From NCBI GenBank assembly GCA_964016885.1, contig OZ024755.1, forward strand, positions 22,630,001 through 22,694,000: a stretch of DNA of 64,000 nt, given 5' to 3'. The notes below the pieces were generated by a model. It saw only the letters and a program-made list of their open reading frames with translations, was not told where the DNA came from and did no database searches. Origin of the DNA: Eledone cirrhosa (Eukaryota). Positions within the stretch are counted from its first letter, which is position 1; each line of letters starts with the position of its first letter. Below, piece by piece: positions 51,405 through 64,000 of this stretch. A program made the translations under genes and the position numbers.

Positions 51405-51725
51405 CAGGGTAATCACAAAAACACTCACTGCAAAGAGTCCGGAGTTAGCTTTGCCTTTCATCCTTACGGAGTCGATAAAATAAAGGGATAATTGCTGTCC
51501 TTGTGCCAAGAGTAGAAACAATTATTGCATTGATTTTTGCCGACCAACAAAAGGAGCAGACATCGAGTGTCTGTGATATCAACCACTACCACATGTGATA
51601 TCAACCAACACCACATGAAACTTTGTTAGTTTATGCAACTGTAGCCACCAATATTGTAAGAATATTCATTTAAGTTTTCATATTATAAGTATTTGAAATC
51701 TAGGAGTGTTTTTGTGGTCGCCCTG
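51405..51725. mobile_element. Mariner-type MITE with a nested SINE A fragment
   Basis: TIRs cagggtaatcacaaaaacactc and gagtgtttttgtggtcgccctg, followed by TA. Confidence 0.7.
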
Positions 51726-51729
51726 TATA

Positions 51730-52015
51730 TACGTGAGGAGGGGTAGCAAGAGCTAAACAAAACTATCGTTTAATTAGTTATTGGTGACATTATGGAGGGA
51801 AATAAATATACAATATTTCAATAAAAGACTTCAATATAAAATAAAGATTTACTTTACCTTCGTAAAAATGGTAAAAATCCAAGTTTTTAACGTTTATTTT
51901 TTCTACAGGTTTGAAAATACGCCTAAAATTTAAGCAGCTATTTTTTTATGAAATATTTACAACAATCGCGCATGCGCACAAAATTAAACGTCAGTACGCA
52001 TGTGCATAGAATTTT
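51730..52015 (+). repeat. Unclassified interspersed repeat (other copies at about 50165-50410 and 63450-63690)
   Basis: Shared gctaaacaaaactatcgttt..tttacct..aaatccaag..ttttaacgttt, plus gcgcatgcgca in two copies. Confidence 0.75.
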
Positions 52016-52069
52016 TCAACATGAACGTATCCACACCTATAAAAACCGAAAATAAGTGTAAAAGTACAC

Positions 52070-52790
52070 ACACATGTACACCAGGTCCGAACACAGAGGA
52101 ACCAAACACCCACTGTCATCGCCTTCCCCATCTCTCACTATTATGAGCAAACCGGGTCCCACGTGCTAGCCATCCCGTGGACAGAATAGAGAAGGAGTTT
52201 CCCTGGAGGATGGTAAGGGAGATGCGCTGGAAGAGCCATTCCATCTCGGGAGGCTCACACATGCGGCTAGCAAGTGCTCAACTGCAAACCTGTCGGAGAG
52301 TGACCGATATTTGGAGAGTTTACCCTCCTCAGCTTGAAATGCACCAGACAAGAGGTTTACCACCAAAGAACAGGAAGATGGGGATGGCGTATGGCCTTTT
52401 GCCAGCTCAATCTAGGAGGGAAAGCCTGCAGCATCCAAGCGATGCTTGATGACCTCGTTTGAGAGCAGCATGGCGTGGCAGGCGACCGGCACTGTAGTGA
52501 TGGAAAGCGACATTTGTAAGATGGGGTGTTGCTATCCAAGGTTGTAAAACTTGATGTTGGATATCTCCTCAGCTGCCACTCAGATACAAGTGTCAAGGGT
52601 CAGCAAGGAGAGATGCGTAAATATAGCAAGGAGCACTACGAAGTGTGTAGAGGAGCTTCAGCATGGTAAAGCAGTTCCTCAACAGGAAGATGGATGGGCG
52701 TCAATCATGCCCAGTCTGCTCGTGAGCTGCTGGAGCCTAGACCTGATGGTGGAGTGGATGGCCGGTGGGAAGATGAGGACATCATTTTAA
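52070..52790 (-). mobile_element. Decayed CRE-clade (restriction-like endonuclease) non-LTR retrotransposon 3' part
   Basis: Frameshifted minus-strand pieces HYSAGRLPRHAAL / NEVIKHRLDAAGFPS, GKPLVW and AEEGKLSKYRSLSDRFAVE. Confidence 0.7.
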
Positions 52791-53249
52791 GTGCTTATCA
52801 GTGCTTGCAAGTGTGGGACGGGTCCTCTTCAGCACAGCATCTGTATAGTCGTCACGGTCGATATATATTATAAATATATATACATTCTATATATATTTAA
52901 TAACTATTTGCTCTACGGTTCTTATATATTTGATATATATTTATCCTTATCGAGACCTCTTTGGATTTTAGTCTTCAAATTTATTATTATTACTATATAT
53001 ATATATATAGGAAAATGTTTAACCCCGACAGTTATTTCTGGACTATATACATATGATTTTATCATTTATTTTGTTTGACCTGTTTAGCTTGACTTGTTTT
53101 TTTTGGTGGTTAATGCCTTCTTGACCACTTTTTCAGTTTGTATGGCGTTTTAACATTGTTTAGCTCTGGGTTTTTTAACTATGGAGCGCTTGCCAGCATA
53201 ACTGATTTTGCGGTTCGTTTCGCTTTTCCTACCCGCCGAATTTATAATC

Positions 53250-53885
53250 ACCATCATCATCATCGTTTAACGTCCATCTTCCACGCTTGCATGGGTTTGG
53301 ACGGGAATTTTCCCACTTGAGGCAAGATTGGTTGTCTTGCTCGTATAGGACTGTCTGGCGGGTTTCTACGGCTGGATGCCCTTCCTAACACCAACCACGT
53401 TTACAGTGTGTACTGGGAGGTTTTTACCGTGTTACCTACACGGCCACATTACAGCGTGGACTGTGTTGTTTTTTTTTCGTGACACCTACACGACCTCATT
53501 TATTTCGGACTGGATGTTGTGGTACCAACATAACTTTACATCGAAAGGTGTGGTGTGGATGGGGTGGGACGGGGTGTATTTTTGTTAGAGGTGCCTACTG
53601 ACTGTAGGTTTCGCTTTGTACTTAGGCAAGGCGGGTCTTCTGTATTACTGTGTAGCGCCAAAGATCTCGGTCCAGTGACATTGTCTTGGAGAGGTGTAAG
53701 TGTGTGAGGTCGGAATTAATCAAGTCGTCCCAGGTTTTTCTGGGTCTGCCTACTCCGTGGCTACCGTCTATTTTTATCGCCCTGCACATTTTTATACAGC
53801 TGTCGTCTTTCATGTGCATCACGTGACCATACCAACGTAGTCTTCTCTCGAGTAAACAACATCTGATTCCTCTTATTCCTAATTT
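53250..53885 (-). mobile_element. RTE LINE 3' fragment (similar to 39850-40497)
   Basis: RRLRWYGHV..GRPRKTW, long 3'UTR and (GAT)n tail. Confidence 0.93.
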
Positions 53886-53888
53886 CGA

Positions 53889-54008
53889 GAAATATAAGGA
53901 TTCCAAATGGTTGACCATGTTTTAGTCTCGAGTCCCTTGTATATATATATATATATATAAGGGACTCGAGACTAAAACATGGTCAACCCTTCGGAATCCT
54001 TATATTTC
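53889..54008. repeat. About 50-bp-arm palindrome around (TA)n
   Basis: gaaatataaggattcc..ggttgaccatgttttagtctcgagtccctt (TA)n aagggactcgagactaaaacatggtcaacc..ggaatccttatatttc. Confidence 0.92.
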
Positions 54009-54034
54009 AGGCTATTCATTTGATATATATATTT

Positions 54035-54325
54035 ATATGATGCGTGTATCCGAACAGCGATGTTGCATGGTAATGAGACCTGGGCGCTGAAGGTGGAAGA
54101 CTTACGTAGATTAGAGAGAAACGAAGCCTGCATGCTCAGATGGATGTGTAATAGTAATATACGCGAACGACAAAGCATAAATGAATTGAGAGGGACTGAG
54201 TATAAGAAGAATCAAATGCTGTGTGCAGGAGAGGAGGTTGCGTTGGTATGGACATATGATGCGTATGAAAGCTGTATAAAAAGGTGCAGAGCATTAGAAG
54301 TCGATGGAAACCGCGGTGTGGGGAG
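54035..54325 (+). mobile_element. RTE LINE fragment
   Basis: LHGNETWAL..RLERNEACMLRWMC. Confidence 0.9.
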
Positions 54326-55206
54326 ATACTTGACAAGGAAACCTGATGATAAACTTAGAACAAACTTTATATATATATACATACTAATATTTTAGTTTAC
54401 AGAAACATGTATATTAACTTACATATTAATTGTTCGGCATATATCTACTAAATACTAGTAGTTTTTAAATTAATTTATATATAGAAACGGAATGAGGGTA
54501 AGGTAACACACGGAATATATTTTGAGGCGTGTTATCTAACACACGGAACATATTTTGAGGCGTGTTATCTAGCTTTCTTTCCGCTTCTATATTTTAAAAA
54601 AACAAACAAACAAAATTTTAGCTATACGTATGACTAATTTACTGGAAATTATTGCAGCGCCGCGTGGCGACACTCTAGCGGTTCGGATTTCATCGCCTAT
54701 TTATTTACGGTGTGGCCATTCTATGTGTCGGAAGATCGAATCGAGGGCACACAGCCGGAGCTATATACTGGACCGCTCAAGCAATCATTTTTGCTCTTCC
54801 TTTATTTAGAGTTACCTCCTCTTTATGGAACTCTTCTCTTTTTTTATTGACTTCCGGTTCTTTGAAAAAAATTCATTTTGGATATTACTTTCCTCATGTA
54901 TGTTATGTTTTCTTTGCTCTACACTCGAACTATCTTACATTTTATTAAATACACACTTTATGTCAATAACTCTCACACTTTGGATATTGTGTTCACGTGA
55001 AGAGGTATTTTGTGGCTTTCTGGAACATCTTCACCCACTCGACACATGCTTTATTTAAAAAAAACTACACATACAAATAGTGTTACCTCTTCTAAGAAAC
55101 TAAACTAAGTCATCTTGACACTATATACATACTTTCTAAGAAATATAACTCAAATTTCTCTCTTTGAACATCATTCTGTAGATCTTTTATTGAATACATA
55201 GTAAAC

Positions 55207-58075
55207 TGAAAAAACTCTGGGAAACTAAATCAGAACAACCTGCCATCCCCTGCACATAATCATAGACTGGAATCAAAGTACAAATTGTTGTCCTTGAATG
55301 CACGTAGTCTATGCAATAAGATTCATCTTTTTGACTCCTACGTCAAAAGTATCAACCCGGACTTCATTACAGTCATGGAAACTTGGGCACATCCCTTACT
55401 CTGTGATGGGGTTTTCAGCATGACTGGCTACAACCTGTTTCGTAAAGACCGTATTAATCGTCGTGGTGGTGGTGTAGTGGTCTACGTTCGGTCAAATCTG
55501 TCGACAATTCCTTGTGCTGATTTGAACCAATCACAGCAGGAAGTTTTTTTCTACAATATATGTATGACCATGTCAACACTGCTACTTGGAGTCGTTTACC
55601 GTCCCCCAAATTACCATCAGGACACTCAACTTTGTGATATCCTCAGAGCTGCTGCCAGGAAGACAGCCACTTATGTTTTCATTGCAGGTGACTTCAATCA
55701 CCCTGAGATTGACTGGGAGACCTTTCGTTGGCCGTCAAGTGCAAATGGCTTCCTTGAGCTGGTGCTGGACTCGAGTTGGTCCCAGGTGGTCACCTCCCCA
55801 ACGTGAGGTGACAACACTTTGGAACTACTCTACACCACTACTCCTGAAACGGTCATTAGTGTTACTGCTGAGGAACCTTTAGGTGACTCTGATCATTGCC
55901 AATAACAAGAACCACAACCATCTCCAAACTGCTCACTTTGACTGGAATAAAGCAGACTGGAACTGTTACTACACCGAGTTGCAACGGCCAAACTGGCTTG
56001 AGTTCTACGATTCTGGAGATGTCAACACTGTACTCCAGAACATCCTGAACTCAATATGGACAGCATGTGCGGCATCGGTGCCACGTAAGCGGAAAAAACA
56101 TCCCAAAAACGCAATTTGGGAGACTGCAGCAGTCCGTCTTGCCAGAAAAGAACGGTGCAATGCTGAACGTGAGTACAAACTTCACAAATCAGACATTAAT
56201 AGGAAGAGGCGAAATAGATCGTACAGCCACCTCAAACAGGTGACAAAAAAGGCAGTGCTTCAATTTGAGCAGTGCATAGCAACCAGCCCTGACAGTAAGG
56301 TGTTCTGGAAGTATGTTCACTCAAAGCAGAGGCCTCACTCTCCAGGTTACTGACGACCCCAAGAAATGCGCAGAGTTCATTGCTGAATGCTATGCAGGCA
56401 TTTTCACTATTGAAGACCAGAGTGTACGATCTCCACCACCTATGACACCGGACTCTATAACAACCATGGAATTTACACCTGCAATGCTGCGACGTCACCT
56501 AAAAAATAAACGCAACCATGCCTCTCCTGGTCTTGATGGTGTTACGTACCTGCTTCTTAAACGTGGTGGGTACTTCCTTCTACACCAGTTATCACGCTTC
56601 TTCCAATTCTGTCTGAACAACAGTGCTACTCCAGAACAGTGGAAAACTGCCAGTGTCATTCCTCTGTTCAAAAAGGGTGACCGCACATCACCTGTGAACT
56701 ATCGTCCAGTCAGTCTTACTAGTTGCATCGCCAAACTGATGGAATCCTGTGTCAGAGAAACACTTTGGAACTTCTGGAGCTCTCACAGTCTTATCCGGCC
56801 CTCGCAATTTGGATTTATCCCCAACTCCAGCTGCTGTGATCAACTTATAGAGTTTCTTGAGGACATCACCCGGATCACTGATGGCGGCTCATGGGTGGAT
56901 GTTGTTTACCTTGACTTTGCGAAGGCCTTCAATTCTGTGCCACACAAAAGACTTATGGCAAAACTCTCTGCAATGGGTGTGAAGGATGATCTTTTTAACT
57001 GGTTGAAGTCCTTCATTCTCAGTCGAAGAGAGGTAGTCACGGTTCTGGGACAGCATTCCTCACCATATGAGATGTCATCTGGTGTACCACAGGGATCTGT
57101 TCTTGGCCCCCTTTTGTTTGTGGCATATATTAATGACATAGATGCCAACTTAAGGAATGCCACAGTACTAAAGTACGCAGACGACATCAAGCTGTACCTT
57201 GAGATAAAAAGGACAGATCCTGAACACTATAGATCTTGCTTGCAGTCTGACCTGGACACAATGCAACAATGGATCTCAGACTGGCAACTCAAGCTAGCTG
57301 TGGACAAGTGCACCACCATGCATTTTGGGAGTAAAAACCCAGTGTCCACATACTCCCTCCACAGCACTAATATCAAGAAGTCTTCCTGTGAACGTGACCT
57401 GGGCATTACGGTCAGCAGCGATTTGCGTTGGACGAGGCACATCTCTAAAATTGTCAAGAGGGCCGAGGGTGTCTTAGCATCACTCAGCAAGACCTTTGTC
57501 AGCCGCTCTCCAGATATCTATTTAAGGCTGTATACAGCTATGGTGCGACCACACTTAGAATTTGCATCACCAGTCTGGAACCCCTATCTTGCTCAGGACA
57601 TTGACCGCCTGGAAACGTGCAACCAAGCGAATACCCTCCATCAGGCATCTACCATACTCTGAGCGCCTTGCTTCCCTGGGCATGGATTCATTGAAGCTCC
57701 GATGCCTGGCAACTGACTTGGTAAACACCCACAACATTGTTAACCATGTTGCCAACAACAACCCTGAGTACCTTTTCGATTTCCATGTGTCTAACACGTG
57801 GACATGCCCACAAAGTAAGAAAACAGCACAGTTCCCATGACTTTCGGAAACATTTTTCACGCTCAGAGTTGCTGAAGCATGGAACAAACTACCTGCATCA
57901 GTTGTTAGCTGTCGAGACACTGCATCCTTTAAGGCCTCCATGCTTCCCGAGATCCGCCAACAGAACAGCTAACACATACACACATGTACTTCCCTGACAT
58001 TTGTGTATTATTCTTTGTACTATATTGACGAGTTGTAGTGCACCTGAGCACTTTACACAATAATTTCATTATTAT
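55207..58075 (+). mobile_element. CR1-group LINE ORF2 (APE and RT), few lesions, (ATT)n tail
   Basis: SLNARSL; ETW; GGGV; VYRPP; GDFNHP; NYRPVSLTS; VYLDFAKAFNSVPH; GVPQGSVLGPLLF; YADD; RPHLEFASPVWNP. TSD taaac at 55202-55206 and 58076-58080; empty site at about 45957. Confidence 0.97.
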
Positions 58076-58487
58076 TAAACCTTGTCAACACTAGCAGATA
58101 TTCTTGAGACACAAAAATAGGTTTTACTATCTTCTCTTTTTGCTAAATACTGTCTACTCAGAAAAATATATAAACCTTCTATAAAGGAATATACCTTTCC
58201 TTCTAAGAAACCTCTATATACAGCTACATTTTTATTATCTTTATTTATTTCACACCCAATGAAGCATGGCAGCTTCATTTCTCGCACACATGTATTCTCT
58301 TGTACGTAGAAAGAAACCTTTTGTTGTCTAACTAATTGTTACTGTGTCATTTGGAGCAACGTGAAATAGAGTGTCTTGCTCAAGAACACAACGCAAAGTC
58401 CGGTCTGAGAATCGAACTCACGATTGTAAAGCCCGACGACTTAAGTTTTGAACGAATTTTTTTTAGATATCATTATCGTAATCAAAG

Positions 58488-59490
58488 ATTAACTGTTGAT
58501 CAGTGTTAACTAGATCTATATCACTTTAACCCACGTAACATAGAACCATTTACATTCTTAGGATTCTTTATTCCTTTTCAACACGTAACTGTTGATCAGT
58601 GTTAACTGGATTTATATCACTTTAACCCACGTAACATAGACCCATTTACATTTTTTAACCCAGGTAACATAGTATCATTTACATTTTAGTTTCTTCTTAC
58701 GATTCTTTGTTCCTTTCAATACTTAACTGTTGATCAGTGTTAACTAGTTCGATATCACTTTAACCCACGTAAAATAGAACCATTTACATTCTTAGTTTCT
58801 TCTTACTATTCCTTTTCAACACGTAACTGGATTTATATCACTTTAACCCATTTACATTTTAGTTTCTTCTTACGATTCTTTGTTCCTTTCAATATTTAAC
58901 TGTTGATCAGTGTTAACTAGTTCGATATCACTTTAACTCACGTAACGTAGAACTATTTACATTCTTAGTTTCTTTGTTCCTTTTCAACACTTAACTGTTG
59001 ATCAGTGTTAACTAGATCGATATCACTTTAACCCACGTAAAATAGAACCATTTACATTCTTAGTTTCTTCTTACTATTCCTTTTCAACACGTAACTGTTG
59101 ATCAGTGTTAACTGGATTTATATCACTTTAACCCATTTACATTTTAGTTTCTTCTTACGATTCTTTGTTCCTTTCAATACTTAACTGTTGATCAGTGTTA
59201 ACTAGTTCGATATCACTTTAACTCACGTAACGTAGAACTATTTACATTCTTTGTTCCTTTTCAACACTTAACTGTTGATCAGTGTTAACTAGATCGATAT
59301 CACTTTGACCCACGTAAAATAGAACCATTTACATTCTTACGATTCTTTATTCCTGTTGATCAGTGTTAACTGGATTTATATCACTTTAACCCACGTAACA
59401 TAGAACCATTTACATTTTAGTTTCTTCTTACGATTCTTTGTTCCTTTCAACACTTAACTAGTTCGATATCACTTTAACCCACGTAACATA
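58488..59490. repeat. About 100-bp tandem array, about 10-11 imperfect copies
   Basis: Recurring aactgttgatcagtgttaactagatcgatatcactttaacccacgtaacatagaaccatttacatt. Confidence 0.92.
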
Positions 59491-59949
59491 CTATATACGA
59501 ATTGTATTCCGTTTATTTTGCCATAAATGAATAAAGAAAGTTTACATCCTATATACGAATTGTATTCCGTTTATTTTGCCATAAATGAATAAAGAAAGTT
59601 TACATCTTATATACGAATTGTGTTCAGTTTATTTTGACAAAACCGATTAAAGAAATCAAGAGTCTACAAGAAACTGAGTAAAAGGTACTGTAAAGAGCGT
59701 AAGTGTATACGAAGTTTCTAAATAAAGAAGCTAAAAAAGTTTTTGAAAATAGCAACTGTAAGAAACAGAACAATATTTTTTTTTTTTTTTTTCTTATCAA
59801 GGGAGGTAACTCTTTCTAAGTAAGAGTTGCCTCCCTTGAACAGTGTCTCAAAAAAAGAAACTAAGAATCTCAATGAAGTGTCTAAAAAGAAACTAAGAAT
59901 CTAAATGAAGTGTCTAAAAAGAAACTAAGAATCTAAATGAAGTGTCTAA

Positions 59950-62135
59950 ACAAAAATCTATATGAAATGTGTGTTTTTGAAAGTGTCAAAAAAATTCTAT
60001 ATGAAATGTGTGTTTTTGAAAGTGTCAAAAAAAATTCTATATGAAATGAGTGTTTTTGAAAAGTCGAAAAAAAATTCTATATGAAATGTGTGTTTTTGAA
60101 AGTGTCAAAAAAAATTCTATATGAAATGAGTGTTTTTCAAAAGTCGAAAAAAAATTCTATATGAAATGTGTGTTTCTGAAAAGTCGAAAAAAAATTCTAT
60201 ATGAAATGAGTGTTTTTCAAAAGTCGAAAAAAAATTCTATATGAAATGTGTGTTTCTGAAAAGTCGAAAAAAAATTCTATATGAAATGAGTGTTTTTCAA
60301 AAGTCGAAAAAAAATTCTATATGAAATGTGTGTTTCTCAAAAGTCGAAAAAAAATTCTATATGAAATGTATGTTTCTGAAAAGTCGAAAAAAAATTCTAT
60401 ATGAAATGTGTGTTTCTGAAAAGTCGAAAAAAAATTCTATATGAAATGAGTGTTTTTCAAAAGTCGAAAAAAAATTCTATATGAAATGAGTGTTTTTTAA
60501 AAGTCGAAAAAAAATTCTATATGAAATGTATGTTTCTGAAAAGTCGAAAAAAAATTCTATATGAAATGTGTGTTTCTGAAAAGTCGAAAAAAAATTCTAT
60601 ATGAAATGAGTGTTTTTCAAAAGTCGAAAAAAAATTCTATATGAAATGTGTGTTTCTGAAAAGTCGAAAAAAAATTCTATATGAAATGAGTGTTTTTCAA
60701 AAGTCGAAAAAAAATTCTATATGAAATGAGTGTTTCTGAAAAGTCCAAAAAAAATTCTATATGAAATGTATGTTTCTGAAAAGTCGAAAAAAAAATCTAT
60801 ATGAATTGTATGTTTCTGAAAAGTCGAAAAAAATTTCTATATGAAATGAGTGTTTTTCAAAAGTCGAAAAAAAAATCTATATGAAATGTGTGTTTCTGAA
60901 AAGTCGAAAAAAATTTCTATATGAAATGAGTGTTTTTCAAAAGTCGAAAAAAAAATCTATATGAAATGTGTGTTTCTGAAAAGTCGAAAAAAAATTCTAT
61001 ATGAAATGAGTGTTTTTCAAAAGTCGAAAAAAAATTCTATATGAAATGAGTGTTTTCAAAAGTCGAAAAAAAATTCTATATGAAATGTATGTTTCTGAAA
61101 AGTCGAAAAAAAAATCTATATGAAATGTATGTTTCTGAAAAGTCGAAAAAAATTTCTATATGAAATGAGTGTTTTTCAAAAGTCGAAAAAAAAATCTATA
61201 TGAAATGTATGTTTCTGAAAAGTCGAAAAAAAATTCTATATGAAATGAGTGTTTTTCAAAAGTCGAAAAAAAATTCTATATGAAATATGTGTTTTTCAAA
61301 AGTCGAAAAAAAATTCTACATGAAATGTATGTTTTTCAAAAGTCGAAAAAAAAATCTATATGAAGTGTATGTTTCTGAAAAGTCGAAAAAAATTTCTATA
61401 TGAAATGAGTGTTTTTCAAAAGTCGAAAAAAAAATCTATATGAAATGTATGTTTCTGAAAAGTCGAAAAAAAATTCTATATGAAATGAGTGTTTTTCAAA
61501 AGTCGAAAAAAAAATCTATATGAAATGTATGTTTCTGAAAAGTCGAAAAAAAATTCTATATGAAATGAGTGTTTTTCAAAAGTCGAAAAAAAAATCTATA
61601 TGAAATGTATGTTTCTGAAAAGTCGAAAAAAAAATCTATATGAAATGTATGTTTCTGAAAAGTCGAAAAAAAATTCTATATGAAATGAGTGTTTTTCAAA
61701 AGTCGAAAAAAAAATCTATATGAAATGTATGTTTCTGAAAAGTCGAAAAAAAATTCTATATGAAATGAGTGTTTTTCAAAAGTCGAAAAAAAAAATCTAT
61801 ATGAAATGTATGTTTCTGAAAAGTCGAAAAAAAATTCTATATGAAATGAGTGTTTTTCAAAAGTCGAAAAAAAAATCTATATGAAATGTATGTTTCTGAA
61901 AAGTCGAAAAAAAATTCTATATGAAATGAGTGTTTTTCAAAAGTCGAAAAAAAAATCTATATGAAATATATGTTTCTGAAAAGTCGAAAAAAAATTCTAT
62001 ATGAAATGAGTGTTTTTCAAAAGTCGAAAAAAAAAATCTATATGAAATGTATGTTTCTAATAAGTCGAAAAAAAATTCTATATGAAATGTTTCTCAAAAG
62101 TCGAAAAAAACTTCGATATGAAATATGATTTTGAA
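59950..62135. repeat. 40-bp satellite, about 54 copies (aagtcgaaaaaaaattctatatgaaatgNNtgtttYtNaa), preceded by 31-bp x3 and about 58-bp x3 repeats
   Basis: 40-bp periodicity seen directly. Confidence 0.97.
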
Positions 62136-62609
62136 AAAAAAGAGTTAAATAAAGGGAGATAATTCTAACATTTTTGAGCAAAAGGGGGTAAGGCGGATTC
62201 TCATCGTGGTCTAGGACGCAGGCCAGCATATAGCCAGCCTGCAAACATCCCAGCCGCCGTAGCCACGTGCACACCACAACGATTCGAACTTGGGATACAT
62301 AGTATGGAAACGACACATACATACGTAGCCGACGACGTCCGAGCCGTTGCGCGCATCGCCACGCACAAGCCGCAATTCTACTAAGTAAAATAGATATATT
62401 TATAGGTACAATTTTATTTACTTTTTTAAAAAAAAATATAGAAACGGAAAGGGAGATAACACGTCTCAAAATATATTCCGTTTCTATATATATAAAGTAA
62501 TTTTGAACGTATATACGGAACAATTTTTATGGAAATAAATATACTTATGTCAAGCTGGTAACATATATATTACCTCCGTTTAGACGGCAGTCCAGCAACA
62601 TTATTGACT

Positions 62610-63245
62610 TGCTTCTTTCGCCCTCTTACCTGATACTGACCAGCTTTAGTTGGCCGTACGACATCCTATGGTACGTATACGCTATAAAACTGCTTCTTTG
62701 GCCATAGGAGATACTATGTGAAGTATATGCTTCTCTCGCCCTCTAGGGTTCAGCTGGCCGTAGGAAATACTATGGGAAGTATGCATTCTAAAACTGCTTC
62801 TTTCAGCCTCTGACCAGAGATTATCGTACGAGGGTTTAGCTGGCTGTAGAGGTTCCTACGAGATGTTTACACCCTCTAAACAAGCACTGATCATGGTTTA
62901 GCTGGCCGTAGAGGATTCCACAAGAAGTATATGGCCTTAAACTGCTTATTTCACCATCTAACCTGGCATTGACCAAGGTTTAGCTGGCCGTAGAGGATAG
63001 TACGAGATGTTTACGCCCTTAAAGTGCTTCAATCGCCCTCTCATATGGAATTCACCAACTGTGGAGGAGGGTGGTTTAGCTAGCTGTAGAGGATCCTACG
63101 AGATGTTTACGCCTTTAAAGTGCTCATGTCCCTCTCCAACCTAGCATTGACTAAGAGAAGTAACTGGCCGTAGAGGTTCCCACGAGAAGTATACGTCCTT
63201 AAACTGCTTCAATCACCCTTTCACCTGGAATTGACCAACTATGAA
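62610..63245. repeat. Degenerate about 80-95 bp tandem repeat (ggtttagctggccgtagagg..aaactgctt)
   Basis: About 7 recurring copies. Inverted homolog at 44370-44530. Confidence 0.85.
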
Positions 63246-64000
63246 GGACGGTGGTTTTGGTGTGCCATGTAGGTATGGTTCTAACTGCTTACTAGGAGTG
63301 GCAGATTGACAATCAACTGCACACACGTGGAACAGACATAAGCAATGACAACATCATATCTGTCTTTAACCTGGATTGCTTTGGAAACGTAAGATAATGT
63401 AGCATGATCAATCTATCACGTAACAATGAGCACCATTGAAATACAACACTACATGGAGATGTTGCAGTAGCTAAACAAAACTATCGTTTCAATAATTATT
63501 GCTGACGTTTATGGAAGGAAATAAAACTTTACTTTACCTCCTTATAAATAGTAAAATCCAAGTTTTTAACGTTTTTCATTCGGGTTTGAAAAAAAAGAAA
63601 TTATTCCAGCGGCCATTTTGTTTTTGCGAAGCAGAATTAGGCCAATTACACATGCGCAAAAAAGTAGACATCAGTGCGCATGCGCAAAGTATTTAAACCC
63701 ATCGTGAGTTCGATTCTTTTTAGATTGTATACTTCCCATTTTATATATAGTATATTTATATTAATAATAAATAATTACTATATATATTAATACATACATA
63801 TATGTATATAATTGTATTTTTAAAAATATATGTATTTATACACATATATTTTATTAAATATATATAAATTATTTTCTTACTAGGAGCGGCAGATTGACAA
63901 TCAACTGCACACACATCTTTGTAGCAGTTGACGATTATACTGCTATACCAGTCATTGTGTATGGCACGATTTTGTATCACTTGGTTTTCAATATGAGTGG

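Larger units (their letters stand above)
54345..59750 (+). repeat. Copy 2 of the local duplication, interrupted by CR1, with an expanded about 100-bp array
   Basis: Colinear with 44730-48300. Confidence 0.88.

Overview
AT-rich, microsatellite-dense eukaryotic DNA. The SINE and LINE repertoire points to a coleoid cephalopod, probably an octopus (inference from recalled repeat families). The only host gene is the 3' part of an RZ-subfamily regulator of G-protein signalling (RGS17/19/20-like): four coding exons on + at 5976-6050, 11270-11331, 13032-13198 and 18398-18571, with phase-compatible GT-AG introns. A decayed GT31 beta-1,3-galactosyltransferase fragment sits at about 30.2-30.8 kb. The rest is transposon-derived: many RTE-clade LINE copies, a near-complete CR1, CRE, I-group and Gypsy fragments, tRNA-derived SINEs, mariner and piggyBac MITEs, minisatellites and satellites, and a local duplication (44.7-48.3 kb vs 54.3-59.7 kb). 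The most notable unannotated signal is a set of about 8-10 type I hammerhead ribozyme folds in several sequence families. One four-copy family shows compensatory stem II changes. Most folds lie in short non-coding modules next to (TA)n tracts, as expected for Penelope-like element or retrozyme relics. Most long ORFs in the track are microsatellite or minisatellite artefacts. All calls were made by eye; no searches or folding programs were run.
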